From contig CAZVQX010000001.1 in NCBI GenBank assembly GCA_964629735.1, positions 86,984-150,983 of the forward strand: a stretch of 64,000 nucleotides of DNA, written 5' to 3'. This DNA is from an uncultured Muribaculaceae bacterium (GTDB lineage Bacteria > Bacillota_I > Bacilli_A > RF39 > UBA660). The notes under the pieces are model-generated. The model did not search any database. It saw nothing but the letters and a program-made list of their open reading frames with translations, and was not told where the DNA came from. Shown here piece after piece: positions 8,012 through 17,884 of the stretch (the stretch's first letter is position 1; each line of letters starts with the position of its first letter). A program made the position numbers and the translations under genes.

Positions 8012-10504
8012 ATGAAGTTTTTAAGGCGGATATTTGATTATGAATATAAAGAAATGCAAAAATTTTATAAAATAGCCGATGAAATAGAAAAACTAGATAA
8101 TGTTATGAGTCGTCTTAGTGATGAAGAATTAAAAAATAAAACCTTTGAATTTAAAGAACGTTTAAATAATGGTGAAACTCTAGAGGATATAAAAGTAGAA
8201 GCTTTTGCGGTAGTTCGTGAAGCAGCATATCGAGTAATAGGTGAAAAACCTTATTATGTTCAAATCGTTGGTGGTTTAGCAATTCACTATGGAAATATAG
8301 CTGAAATGAAAACAGGTGAGGGTAAAACATTAACTTCAACTATGCCTGCTTATCTAAATGCTTTAACTGGAAAAGGAGTTCATATAATAACCGTTAATGA
8401 TTATTTGGCTAGCCGTGATGCTGATTGGATGGGAAATATATATCGCTTTTTAGGTTTGAAAGTAGGCGTTAATAATCGAGATTTAACATCACAAGAAAAA
8501 CAAGAGGCTTATAATGCTGATATTTTATATTCTACAAATAACGAAATTGGTTTTGATTATTTAAGAGATAATATGGTTGTTCGTAAAGAAGACCGAGTTC
8601 AACGTGAACTTAATTTTGTTATAATAGATGAAGTTGATTCAGTTTTAATTGATGAAGCACGTACACCTTTAATTATATCCGGTGGTTATTTACATTCGGC
8701 CAATTTATATAAACAAGCTGATCGATTTGTAAAAACATTAACAGAAGATAATGGTTATATTTATGATGAAAAAACAAAAGCAGTTGCTCTTGATACTAAA
8801 GGAATTGAATTAGCTGAAAAAAGTTTTGGTTTAAAAAATTTGTTTGACTTAAATAATACAACAATTGTTCATTATATTAATCAGGCCTTGCGTGCCAATT
8901 ACGCAATGAAAAGAGATTTTGATTATGTAGTCGAAAATGGAAAAGTTGTAATTGTTGATCAATTTACTGGAAGATTGATGCATGGACGAAATTATTCAGA
9001 TGGTTTACATCAAGCTATTGAAGCAAAAGAAAATGTTGAAATAGGTGAAGAAACTAAAACGTTGGCAACTATCACATTCCAAAATTTATTTAGAATGTAT
9101 AAAAAAATAGCTGGTATGACTGGTACTGCTAAAACTGAAGAAGAGGAATTTCGCGAAATATATAATATGTATGTTATAACTATTCCGACTAATAAAGAAG
9201 TAATTCGAGATGATTTAGTTGATTTAATGTTTGGTAATCAAAATGCTAAATACCGTGCTATTATTCAAGAAATAAAAAGAAGACATAATACTGGTCAACC
9301 AATTCTTGTTGGTACGATTGCTGTAGAGACTAGTGAATTAATTAGTTCAATGTTACGTAAAGAGGGAATACCCCATGAAGTTTTAAATGCTAAAAATCAT
9401 GCTCGCGAAGCTGAAATAATTGCAAAAGCAGGTCATAAAGGTTCAGTAACTATTGCAACTAATATGGCCGGCCGTGGAACTGATATAAAATTAACAGATG
9501 AAGTAAAAAAAATGGGTGGATTATGTGTTTTAGGGACAGAAAGACATGAATCTCGCCGAATTGATAATCAGTTAAGAGGTCGTTCTGGTCGTCAAGGAGA
9601 TCCCGGTATATCACAATTTTATGTATCATTTGAAGATGAATTAATGGTTCGGTTTGGTACTGAAAAAGCGCGTGATTTATTAGAAAAATTTGGTTTTGAT
9701 GAGGATGTTCCTATTCGTCATTCAATGTTTGGAAAAATGGTTGAAACAGCACAAAGAAGAGTTGAAGGTAATAACTTTGATATTAGAAAAACTCTATTAC
9801 AATATGATGATGTTGTTAATCAACAGAGAATGATAATTTATGAAAAACGAAATGAAATATTAGATAGCGATACTATTTATGATTCATTATTAAATAATTT
9901 TATAAATTATGTAGAAGATTTAGTTTTAAGCCATTTGGTTGATTCCAGCGAATTAACTGAAACTGATTTATCTGAAATATTAGAAGCAGTTAACACCAAA
10001 TTGTTAAAACAACCTATTAAAATCGAAGAAATAAGAAATAAAAAAGATGAAGAAATTATTGAATTGTTGTATGAGAAAATATCAAATGAATATGAAGATA
10101 AAGTTAATAATATTCCAAATGAAATAAGACAAGAGTTTGAAAAAGCAATATCACTTCGTGTCATTGATACATATTGGATGGAACATATTAATACAATGGA
10201 GCATTTAAAAGAAGGAATACACTTGAGAGGATATGCACAAGAGGATCCTTTAAGAGCTTATACAAAAGAAGGTTATGAAATTTTCGATAATCTTTTAAGC
10301 GTTATAGATAGGGAAACAACTGTTTATTTATTAAATGCAGAAATAAGACAAAATATCGAGAGAAAAAAAGTAGTTGATTCAGAAATTACAAATGAAGCTG
10401 ATAATACAGCTAAAAGAACCCCAAAAAAGGTAAATAAAGTTGGCCGAAATGAGCCTTGTCCTTGTGGAAGTGGACAAAAGTATAAAAATTGTTGTGGAAA
10501 GTAG
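8012..10504 (+). CDS. secA: Preprotein translocase ATPase SecA
   Basis: 830 aa. Walker A MKTGEGKTL, DEAD-like motor, and a C-terminal zinc finger CPCGSGQKYKNCCGK. Confidence 0.97.
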   Translation: MKFLRRIFDYEYKEMQKFYKIADEIEKLDNVMSRLSDEELKNKTFEFKERLNNGETLEDIKVEAFAVVREAAYRVIGEKPYYVQIVGGLAIHYGNIAEMKTGEGKTLTSTMPAYLNALTGKGVHIITVNDYLASRDADWMGNIYRFLGLKVGVNNRDLTSQEKQEAYNADILYSTNNEIGFDYLRDNMVVRKEDRVQRELNFVIIDEVDSVLIDEARTPLIISGGYLHSANLYKQADRFVKTLTEDNGYIYDEKTKAVALDTKGIELAEKSFGLKNLFDLNNTTIVHYINQALRANYAMKRDFDYVVENGKVVIVDQFTGRLMHGRNYSDGLHQAIEAKENVEIGEETKTLATITFQNLFRMYKKIAGMTGTAKTEEEEFREIYNMYVITIPTNKEVIRDDLVDLMFGNQNAKYRAIIQEIKRRHNTGQPILVGTIAVETSELISSMLRKEGIPHEVLNAKNHAREAEIIAKAGHKGSVTIATNMAGRGTDIKLTDEVKKMGGLCVLGTERHESRRIDNQLRGRSGRQGDPGISQFYVSFEDELMVRFGTEKARDLLEKFGFDEDVPIRHSMFGKMVETAQRRVEGNNFDIRKTLLQYDDVVNQQRMIIYEKRNEILDSDTIYDSLLNNFINYVEDLVLSHLVDSSELTETDLSEILEAVNTKLLKQPIKIEEIRNKKDEEIIELLYEKISNEYEDKVNNIPNEIRQEFEKAISLRVIDTYWMEHINTMEHLKEGIHLRGYAQEDPLRAYTKEGYEIFDNLLSVIDRETTVYLLNAEIRQNIERKKVVDSEITNEADNTAKRTPKKVNKVGRNEPCPCGSGQKYKNCCGK

Positions 10505-10512
10505 GGATTTTA

Positions 10513-11328
10513 ATGAATGAAATGAAAAAAATGAAAAGAGTATTATTGATTGTAATTGGAGTTATTGTATTTGTGCCTGTTGCAATGTATGCAAAATATT
10601 TAAAAGGTGAGAAAATTATTGAAGGAGTTAATGCTATTTTTGGTAATGATAAAATTAATTTAGTATATATAGGTAGTAGAAATTGTGGGCATTGTGAAAA
10701 TTTTAACCCAGTAATAGAATCAGCTTCCAAAGAATACGATTTTGAATATTATTATATTGATATAATGAATTTAACAGATGGTCAATTTGATAGATTAATG
10801 AAAAAATTTTCGATTGACCCTAGTAGTTTTGGAACCCCATATATTTCAGTAATTGAAAAAGGTAAAAAAGTTAATGAGAAAAAAGGCTATGTTGAAAGAG
10901 AAGATTTATTAGTATTTTTACAAGAAAATAAAATGGTTAGTGAAGATATAAAAATTGAAAGAAGTGATGATGCGTTAACTATAATAAATGTTGATAAATA
11001 TTTTGAATTATTAAAAAGCAATGTTAATACAGTTATAGTTTATGCTAGTTCTTCATGCCCAGCATGTATATATGCAAAACCAATAATAAATGAAGTAGCA
11101 AAAGAAACCGGTGCAGTGATTAATTATTTAGAATTAGATAAAATAGAAGACGAAGAAAAATATAAAGCTCTTATTAAATCTATAGAAGATTTGAATATTG
11201 ATGTTGAAGAGTTTGGGACCCCAACTCTAATTATTGTTAATGATAGTAAAAAAATTGATATACAAATTGGTGCTTTAACAAAAGAAGAATATGTAAAAGT
11301 TTTTAAACAACATAATATTATAAAATAG
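10513..11328 (+). CDS. Membrane-anchored protein with two thioredoxin-like domains (CGHC and CPAC)
   Basis: N-terminal transmembrane helix, then two paralogous Trx-fold modules (LVYIGSRNCGHCENF...FGTPYISVIEKG and VIVYASSSCPACIYA...FGTPTLIIVND). Start at the ATG at 10513. Confidence 0.55.
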   Translation: MNEMKKMKRVLLIVIGVIVFVPVAMYAKYLKGEKIIEGVNAIFGNDKINLVYIGSRNCGHCENFNPVIESASKEYDFEYYYIDIMNLTDGQFDRLMKKFSIDPSSFGTPYISVIEKGKKVNEKKGYVEREDLLVFLQENKMVSEDIKIERSDDALTIINVDKYFELLKSNVNTVIVYASSSCPACIYAKPIINEVAKETGAVINYLELDKIEDEEKYKALIKSIEDLNIDVEEFGTPTLIIVNDSKKIDIQIGALTKEEYVKVFKQHNIIK

Positions 11329-11340
11329 GGGGAAAATAAA

Positions 11341-11796
11341 ATGACAAGTGAAGTTTATAACAAGGTAAGAGAATTTAAAAATAAATATCCTTTTACAATT
11401 TCTTGGCGATTAAAAGCTCATTCCAAAATAATTGATAAACACTTAAATGAAGGTGAATATATTAAATATGCTTTTGCCGCCCAAAAAAATGATAATAATT
11501 TTGATATTATTTCAACTTATGTTATAGCACTTAGTAATAAAAGAATATTATTAGGACAGAAAAGGTTGTTTTTTGGCTATTTTTTTACAGCTATTACTCC
11601 TGATATGTTTAATGATCTAAAAGTTAGAATGGGGATTATATGGGGAAAAATAGAAATTGATACTATTAAAGAACAGTTTATTTTATCAAATATTCAAAAA
11701 AAAGCATTGGCGGAGATTGAAACAAATGTTACTGAGTATATGATGAGAGAAAAACGTCGCTTTTATCAAAGTAGGGATAACGAAAATCAAAAATAG
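11341..11796 (+). CDS. Hypothetical protein, bacterial PH-domain (bPH_2/YdbT-like) candidate
   Basis: 151-aa ORF. Weak resemblance only. Confidence 0.3.
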   Translation: MTSEVYNKVREFKNKYPFTISWRLKAHSKIIDKHLNEGEYIKYAFAAQKNDNNFDIISTYVIALSNKRILLGQKRLFFGYFFTAITPDMFNDLKVRMGIIWGKIEIDTIKEQFILSNIQKKALAEIETNVTEYMMREKRRFYQSRDNENQK

Positions 11797-11835
11797 ATAT
11801 TAAAAATTTTTTATATCTATATAAGGAGTGATTTT

Positions 11836-13113
11836 ATGAAAAGATTGTTTATGATGTTAGTAACTTTATTTGTTATTTATTTTATGATTCAAATTGGTTT
11901 TAATTATTTTGGAAAAGGTCATGATGTTAATTATAATATAAAATCCGATAATGTCTTTTTTGAAATAAATGAAAAATATATTAATAATACAAAAGGTGAA
12001 AAAGATAGTTACCATTTTAAAATAAAGTTTAAAGATAGTGAGATTGTCTTTCAAACTTACGAAAATTTTTCTAATAATGAAAAAATTATTCAAAAAATAG
12101 AATATTTTGAGGATGAAAAATATAAATGTATATTACCTGTATTTGTAACAAATAAAGTTATATTTGATATTTTATGTCTTGATAATGATAATCTTAGGTA
12201 TTATCACGATATAATAGGTGAATCACCAAAATTAGATGACTTTGCTAAAAAACTATCACATTATAATTTGGAATCATATTATATTGATAATAAAAATAAT
12301 AAAACAATAAATAATACAATTACTATTTTTGATGATAATATTTTGAATAATCACTTTATTTCTTTTACAAATTATAAAGGATTATCCACTATAAATAATT
12401 TAAATTTCAAAAAACTTCATAATATTAAGTTATTTAAAAATGATGTTTATAAAAGAGAGGTAGAAGCATTCTTAAATCAGTATTATATTGTTGCTGATTA
12501 TAATCAAGAGCATGAATATAACAATATATTTATTGTTAATATTATGGATAATAAGGTAATTAGTATTAAATCACATCAAAAGATTAGTTTTGAGTCTTAT
12601 ATTCAAGGTATAGTTGATAATAAAATATATTTAGTTGACACCAAAAACAAAAGACAATATAAAATTGATGTTAAAAAAGAAATAATTTTAGAAATTGGGA
12701 ATGAAGATACCGGTGCTTTAGTATACGTCGGTAATAAATTTAATCGTGTAAACATAAATGAAATAATATCAAAAAAATATTTATTTAACGATCAAATTGA
12801 AATAACTTCGGATGAAAAATATTTTAAAATTAACACAACAAATTATACTAATACTGGATACACTTATTTCTATCAAAAAAACAATAAACTAATTGATGTT
12901 TATAGAGCACCTAATATTAGCAAGAATAAAAAGACATATTTATTTTCGGTAGATAAAACTAATAATATTAACTATATTGACGATTATATATACTTCGAGG
13001 ATGGAAATTTGGTAAAATATTATCACGATAAAACAGGACTCAGAACTTTATTTAAAAATGATGAATATGATTTTAATAAAAATTTAAAATTTTGGGTATA
13101 TATAAAAAAATAA
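11836..13113 (+). CDS. Hypothetical membrane-anchored extracytoplasmic protein (425 aa; Asn/Lys/Tyr-rich)
   Basis: N-terminal signal/transmembrane segment (LFMMLVTLFVIYFMIQIGF). No recognisable domain. Confidence 0.3.
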   Translation: MKRLFMMLVTLFVIYFMIQIGFNYFGKGHDVNYNIKSDNVFFEINEKYINNTKGEKDSYHFKIKFKDSEIVFQTYENFSNNEKIIQKIEYFEDEKYKCILPVFVTNKVIFDILCLDNDNLRYYHDIIGESPKLDDFAKKLSHYNLESYYIDNKNNKTINNTITIFDDNILNNHFISFTNYKGLSTINNLNFKKLHNIKLFKNDVYKREVEAFLNQYYIVADYNQEHEYNNIFIVNIMDNKVISIKSHQKISFESYIQGIVDNKIYLVDTKNKRQYKIDVKKEIILEIGNEDTGALVYVGNKFNRVNINEIISKKYLFNDQIEITSDEKYFKINTTNYTNTGYTYFYQKNNKLIDVYRAPNISKNKKTYLFSVDKTNNINYIDDYIYFEDGNLVKYYHDKTGLRTLFKNDEYDFNKNLKFWVYIKK

Positions 13114-13147
13114 CAATAAAAGGTTTTTATACATATAATATACCGAG

Positions 13148-13624
13148 GTGAAATATATGTATAAAATATATACGGTTAAAAATTCAGATACAATAATTTC
13201 AATTGCAAATAAGTTACGAATTACCCCTGATGAACTGCGTAAAATAAATGGTTTCCCAAGAAGTTATGAAGTAAAAGTTGGAGAACAAATAATAATACCA
13301 TCAGTAAGGGTAGAGCCTTTTGATGTATATATTGTAAAAAAAGGTGATACGTTGTATGGAATTGCACAATTGTATAAGTTAAGAGTCGATGATTTAGCCA
13401 AGTTAAATGGGATAGAAAAAGATGATTATCTTTATCCTGGTCAAGAGTTAATAATTCCTAAAGAAAATATATCGTTTTATATAACAAAAGATGGTGATAC
13501 AATTCGTACAGTTGCTTTAGAATTGAAAGCAACACCAGCTGAATTGATAGTAGAGAATGAATTAATCTATTTATTACCAAACCAATTGATAATTTATTCA
13601 AAAACAACAACAAATAAGGAGTAA
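13148..13624 (+). CDS. Protein with three LysM peptidoglycan-binding repeats
   Basis: Three repeats of the LysM signature (YTVKNSDTIISIANKL..., YIVKKGDTLYGIAQLY..., YITKDGDTIRTVALEL...). Confidence 0.7.
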   Translation: MKYMYKIYTVKNSDTIISIANKLRITPDELRKINGFPRSYEVKVGEQIIIPSVRVEPFDVYIVKKGDTLYGIAQLYKLRVDDLAKLNGIEKDDYLYPGQELIIPKENISFYITKDGDTIRTVALELKATPAELIVENELIYLLPNQLIIYSKTTTNKE

Positions 13625-13709
13625 TATTTACTCTTTTTTTGATTAAATGTTTTTATGTCTTTTTTTTTTTTAATATATATTATATAATTAAATAGGAGGA
13701 TTGTATAAT

Positions 13710-14120
13710 ATGAAAAAATTAACAGTAATATTATTATTAATAATTTTAATGGTAGGTTGTTCTTATAAAAAACCTTATATAGAAATTAAATATGATGAAT
13801 TTACAAATAAATTGGAAAATAAAGAATCTTTTATTTTTTACATAGGATCATCAACTTGTTCTTTTTGTGATAGATATGATGTAGCTTTAAAAAAAGTTGT
13901 TGATAAATATGAAGTTGAAGTTTATTATATAGATACAAATCTTAAAAAAATAGGTAAGGATAATTATAAAAATTTATCAAATATAATTAATTTTAGTGGT
14001 ACGCCACATACTGTTTTTATTAAAGATGGTGAAATTAGTTCTAGTTATAATTCTATCGAGGGTGCCGTAAGTTCTGAAAAAATAATAGAAGCTTTTAAGA
14101 GAAATGGTTATATAAAATAG
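13710..14120 (+). CDS. Thioredoxin-like lipoprotein (CSFC active site)
   Basis: Lipobox LMVGC. FIFYIGSSTCSFCDRYD...FSGTPHTVFIKDG is paralogous to the two domains of the 10513 gene. ATG at 13710 lies 10 nt after AGGAGG; the track start at 13701 is TTG. Confidence 0.55.
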   Translation: MKKLTVILLLIILMVGCSYKKPYIEIKYDEFTNKLENKESFIFYIGSSTCSFCDRYDVALKKVVDKYEVEVYYIDTNLKKIGKDNYKNLSNIINFSGTPHTVFIKDGEISSSYNSIEGAVSSEKIIEAFKRNGYIK

Positions 14121-14144
14121 TAAAAGAGAGGAAATGTTAAATTA

Positions 14145-15149
14145 ATGGAAAGAATAGAAATTTTTAATGACGATATTTTTGAAGAAAATAACAACATTAC
14201 TAATAATATAAGCGTTATTAATACTTACGGTGAGGTTTTAACTGACAAAAAATATATTACTAATCCTGCTATCGCCCGTGATAGTGAAATAAAAAAATTA
14301 ATTATAATATTATTAACGCCTGAAAAATCTGGTTTATTAGTGGGAAAACCAGGTATTGGTAAAACTGCTATTGTAGAAGGTTTAGCATATTTAATTCAAA
14401 GAGGTGAAGTACCTGATGCCTTAAAAGGGTATAAAATAATAAAAATTAATTCCACATCATTAGTTGGCGTTGTTAATATTGATGGTAGAGAAGAATTATT
14501 AATGAATGTCTTTGTTGATGAAATTAAAAAGTTAGAAAAAACAATTATTTTTATTGATGAAGTTCATACTTTAATTGGTGCTCGTGGTTCTGGCCCAATG
14601 GATTTAGCCAATATGTTAAAACCTGCATTGGATCGAGGTGATGTCAAAGCAATAGGCGCAACTACTACAATTGAATATAATACATATATTATTCGAGATA
14701 GAGCTTTTTTAAGAAGGTTTGAAAAAATAGATGTTTTAGAACCGGACGAAGCAACAACAGTTGATATATTGATGGGGACTATTCCAAAAATTGAGAAACA
14801 GACTGATGTAAAATTTAAATATAATGATTATATTACAAAACAATTAGTTGAATCAATTGTCAGTGCGACTTCTGAGTTTAAAAGAATTTATGGTTTATCT
14901 GCAATGTATCCAGATGTTGCGTTTTCTGTATTAACTCAAGCTTTTTCTCAAGCATTATATCAAAACAAAAAGGAAGTTGATATTGTTGATGTATATAATG
15001 CTATAAAAACAAGTAAAAGGATTTATCCTGACAGTATAATTAAAGAACTAGATGCATTTCGTCAAAAATTTAAAAAATTTCTTGAAGAAGAAAAAATTGC
15101 TTTACCAATTGTAAAACTTGAAGATATAAAAATAGAGGAAATGATATAA
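14145..15149 (+). CDS. Stand-alone Clp/Hsp100 D1-type AAA+ ATPase domain protein
   Basis: LLVGKPGIGKTAIVEGLA (Walker A), IIFIDEVHTLIG (Walker B), sensor and arginine-finger region GATTTIEYNTYIIRDRAFLRRFEKIDVLEP. Collinear with ClpA/ClpB D1, but lacks the N-domain, D2 and the ClpP-binding loop. Confidence 0.6.
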   Translation: MERIEIFNDDIFEENNNITNNISVINTYGEVLTDKKYITNPAIARDSEIKKLIIILLTPEKSGLLVGKPGIGKTAIVEGLAYLIQRGEVPDALKGYKIIKINSTSLVGVVNIDGREELLMNVFVDEIKKLEKTIIFIDEVHTLIGARGSGPMDLANMLKPALDRGDVKAIGATTTIEYNTYIIRDRAFLRRFEKIDVLEPDEATTVDILMGTIPKIEKQTDVKFKYNDYITKQLVESIVSATSEFKRIYGLSAMYPDVAFSVLTQAFSQALYQNKKEVDIVDVYNAIKTSKRIYPDSIIKELDAFRQKFKKFLEEEKIALPIVKLEDIKIEEMI

Positions 15150-15201
15150 ATATAATTATTAAACATATAATTGTATTAATAAAAATGTATGGGGTGATAA
15201 A

Positions 15202-15729
15202 ATGGAAAAAAGAAAAGTTCCTTTTATAAATTATATAATTTTAGGCATAATTGTTATTGTAACAATGATGATTACTTTTAATTTTGCAAATAAGTATAAG
15301 AAAAAGATTGATTCTCTAGAACGGTACTCACCTCTGCATGATATATTATATTTTCTTAAAATAGAAGAATTAGATAATTATTTATTGGAAAATCCAAATA
15401 TCGTTATTTATTTAGTGAGTGATGATATTAATTTTGAAATTAATAATAACATTAAGGAATTAGTTATTAATAATAATTTAAAAGATGATATAATTGCTAT
15501 AGATATCACTAAATTTACTGATCAAGATTTTGATAAGTTAAATAAAAAAATGTCAACAAATTTAACAAAAGAAAACATTAAAATAGAAAATTATTCTAAT
15601 TTTATTATAATAAGGGATAGAAAAATATATGAATTATTATACAAAGATAAGGTAGATATAAGATATAATGATTTATTAGCAAATGATTTATTATGTTTTT
15701 TAAAAAAACATGAGGTAATTGAAGAGTGA
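15202..15729 (+). CDS. Membrane-anchored hypothetical protein; degenerate (Cys-less) paralogue of the neighbouring thioredoxin-like proteins
   Basis: N-terminal transmembrane helix. The IVIYLVSDD...NFIIIRDRKIYELL pattern aligns with the Trx-like modules but carries no CxxC. Confidence 0.3.
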   Translation: MEKRKVPFINYIILGIIVIVTMMITFNFANKYKKKIDSLERYSPLHDILYFLKIEELDNYLLENPNIVIYLVSDDINFEINNNIKELVINNNLKDDIIAIDITKFTDQDFDKLNKKMSTNLTKENIKIENYSNFIIIRDRKIYELLYKDKVDIRYNDLLANDLLCFLKKHEVIEE

Positions 15730-16232
15730 TAAATGTTGTTTTATATGCACCTGAAATTCCTGGTAATACTGGAAATATTATGAGGACATGTGCAGGTACT
15801 GGTGTTAATTTACATTTGATAAAACCATTTGGTTTTTCATTAAGTGAAAAAATGATTAAGCGAAGTGGTGTTAATTATATTGATAAATGTAACTATTACA
15901 TATATGATGATTTTGATGATTTTGTTAGTAAAAATAAAGGTGATTATTATTTTTTAACAAGATATGGTAAAAATAATTATTGTAAGTATAATTATAGTAA
16001 TAAAGAAAAAGATATTTATTTTATTTTTGGTAGCGAAAGTAGTGGTATTCCAAAAAAAATTTTGAAAGCTAATATTGATAAATGTATACGTATTCCCATA
16101 AACAATAATATTAGAGCATTAAATTTAGCTAATTCGGTCAGTGTTATGGTTTTTGAGGCTTTAAGGCAGCAAAATTTTGAACATTTATTAAATAGTGATC
16201 CTTTTAAGGGAGAAGATTATTTAGAAAAATAA
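15726..16232 (+). CDS. trmL: SpoU/TrmL-family tRNA (cytidine/uridine-2'-O)-methyltransferase
   Basis: VVLYAPEIPGNTGNIMRTC...IFGSESSGIP...RIPINNNIRALNLANSVSV, the SPOUT knot motifs. GTG start overlaps the upstream stop. Confidence 0.75.
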   Translation: MINVVLYAPEIPGNTGNIMRTCAGTGVNLHLIKPFGFSLSEKMIKRSGVNYIDKCNYYIYDDFDDFVSKNKGDYYFLTRYGKNNYCKYNYSNKEKDIYFIFGSESSGIPKKILKANIDKCIRIPINNNIRALNLANSVSVMVFEALRQQNFEHLLNSDPFKGEDYLEK

Positions 16233-16299
16233 TAATAAATATTGTCAAAAAAAAATTAAAATGTTATTATATTTATATAAGATAGAGGAGGTTTTAAAT

Positions 16300-16926
16300 G
16301 TGGATTTCATTATAGACAATTATGTTTGGTTTATTGTTGGTGGTGTGTTATTAATTATGGCTGTTATTGGTTATTTTGCAGAAAAAACTAATTTTGGCCG
16401 TAATGAGTTTGAACGAAAGGTAAAAAGGGTTCCAAAAGAAAAAAAAGTAAAGACAAAAAATAAAAAGAGAGAAACGTCAAAATCAAAAAAAGAATCTGAT
16501 ATGGCTATTCAGGAATTGGAAGGTGCCACAGGTGTTACAATAGATGATCAGGATTGGTTTGAACCAATTGAATCAATCGACAGTAATTCACTTAAACCTT
16601 CACTTGAAAAACAAGTAGATGATAATTTAACTAATGCCAGTACGGAAGAATTATTTGATTCGCTAGAAGAAGTTGAACCATTGGATACAGAAGAACTTGA
16701 ACCATTGGTTGCAGAAGAATTTACTATTTCTGATTTAGACAATTTAGAAGAATATAATTCACCATTGATTGAAGAAAAAAAAGAACCTGAGATTATTATC
16801 GAGGATGTTATTGTAGAGGATGACATCGCTGGCGATAATATTATTGATGATCTAAATTCTGAAAATCTACCAAAAATAGAAGATTTAAACAAAAATAACG
16901 AAACAGAAGATGTTTGGAAGTTTTAA
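16300..16926 (+). CDS. Hypothetical membrane-anchored protein with a Lys-rich linker and a highly acidic C-terminal region
   Basis: One transmembrane helix, then KKVKTKNKKRETSKSKK, then an E/D-rich tail. Probable GTG start at 16300, 8 nt after AGGAGG; the track start is 16261. Confidence 0.3.
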   Translation: MDFIIDNYVWFIVGGVLLIMAVIGYFAEKTNFGRNEFERKVKRVPKEKKVKTKNKKRETSKSKKESDMAIQELEGATGVTIDDQDWFEPIESIDSNSLKPSLEKQVDDNLTNASTEELFDSLEEVEPLDTEELEPLVAEEFTISDLDNLEEYNSPLIEEKKEPEIIIEDVIVEDDIAGDNIIDDLNSENLPKIEDLNKNNETEDVWKF

Positions 16927-17018
16927 ATGTATTACTTAAAAGAGGTTTCAAAAAGAACTTCTTTTTTTTATTATAAATCAAATTCATAAACATATAATTT
17001 ATTAGTGGGTGAATTATA

Positions 17019-17843
17019 TTGTTATTTATAAAAGGTTTGATTATTGGTATTGGTAAAATAATACCAGGTGTTAGCGGATCAGTTATTGCCATTAGCTTCG
17101 GCTTGTATGAAAAAGGGATTGATGCTATTAATAATTATTTCGGTAATGTGAAGGAAAATACTAAGTTTTTATTAGTTTTAGGTTCTGGAATATTATTATC
17201 GATAATATTAATGAGTAATTTAATAAAAATTTTATTAAATAAATATTATTTTTTAACAATACTATTATTTATTGGATTGATTAGTGGTGGAATACCTTCT
17301 TTATTTTCAAAAATAAAAGATAGTTACAATATTAAAAATTTACTTTTATTTTTGATAATAATTGCAATAATAGTTTTTGTCAATTTTTTAAAATCGCCAA
17401 ATAATATAAATATTTATTATGATTTAAACGGAATATTATTATTAATTTTGATAGGTATAGTTGATGCTGCTACAATGATAATCCCAGGTATTAGTGGTAC
17501 AGCAATACTTATATTAATGGGATGTTATGATATTATGTTAAATCTTTTTAGTAATTTAACTAACTTTACAGAAATAATAAAGAACATTAAATATTTAATA
17601 CCTTTTGTTATTGGATTATCTGTTGGTATTATTATTTTTGTAAAATTAATGGATTATTTTTTAAAAAATTATAAAGAAGAAACATATTGGGGAATAGCAG
17701 GATTAGCAATTTCATCAATTATATCAATGTTTATTACAACTTTATATGGTGTTTATCAATTAAAAGAGGTGTTCATAGGTATACTTTTATTTATATTAGG
17801 ATATATAATTTCTAAAACTTTAAGCACTAAAAGTGTGCCATAA
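17019..17843 (+). CDS. DUF368-family membrane protein (putative polyprenyl-phosphate transporter family)
   Basis: Duplicated IPGVSGS / IPGISGTA motifs and about eight transmembrane helices. TTG start. Confidence 0.6.
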   Translation: MLFIKGLIIGIGKIIPGVSGSVIAISFGLYEKGIDAINNYFGNVKENTKFLLVLGSGILLSIILMSNLIKILLNKYYFLTILLFIGLISGGIPSLFSKIKDSYNIKNLLLFLIIIAIIVFVNFLKSPNNINIYYDLNGILLLILIGIVDAATMIIPGISGTAILILMGCYDIMLNLFSNLTNFTEIIKNIKYLIPFVIGLSVGIIIFVKLMDYFLKNYKEETYWGIAGLAISSIISMFITTLYGVYQLKEVFIGILLFILGYIISKTLSTKSVP

Positions 17844-17884
17844 GTATATAATATAATAAAAATAAATTTTTTAGGAGGATTATT

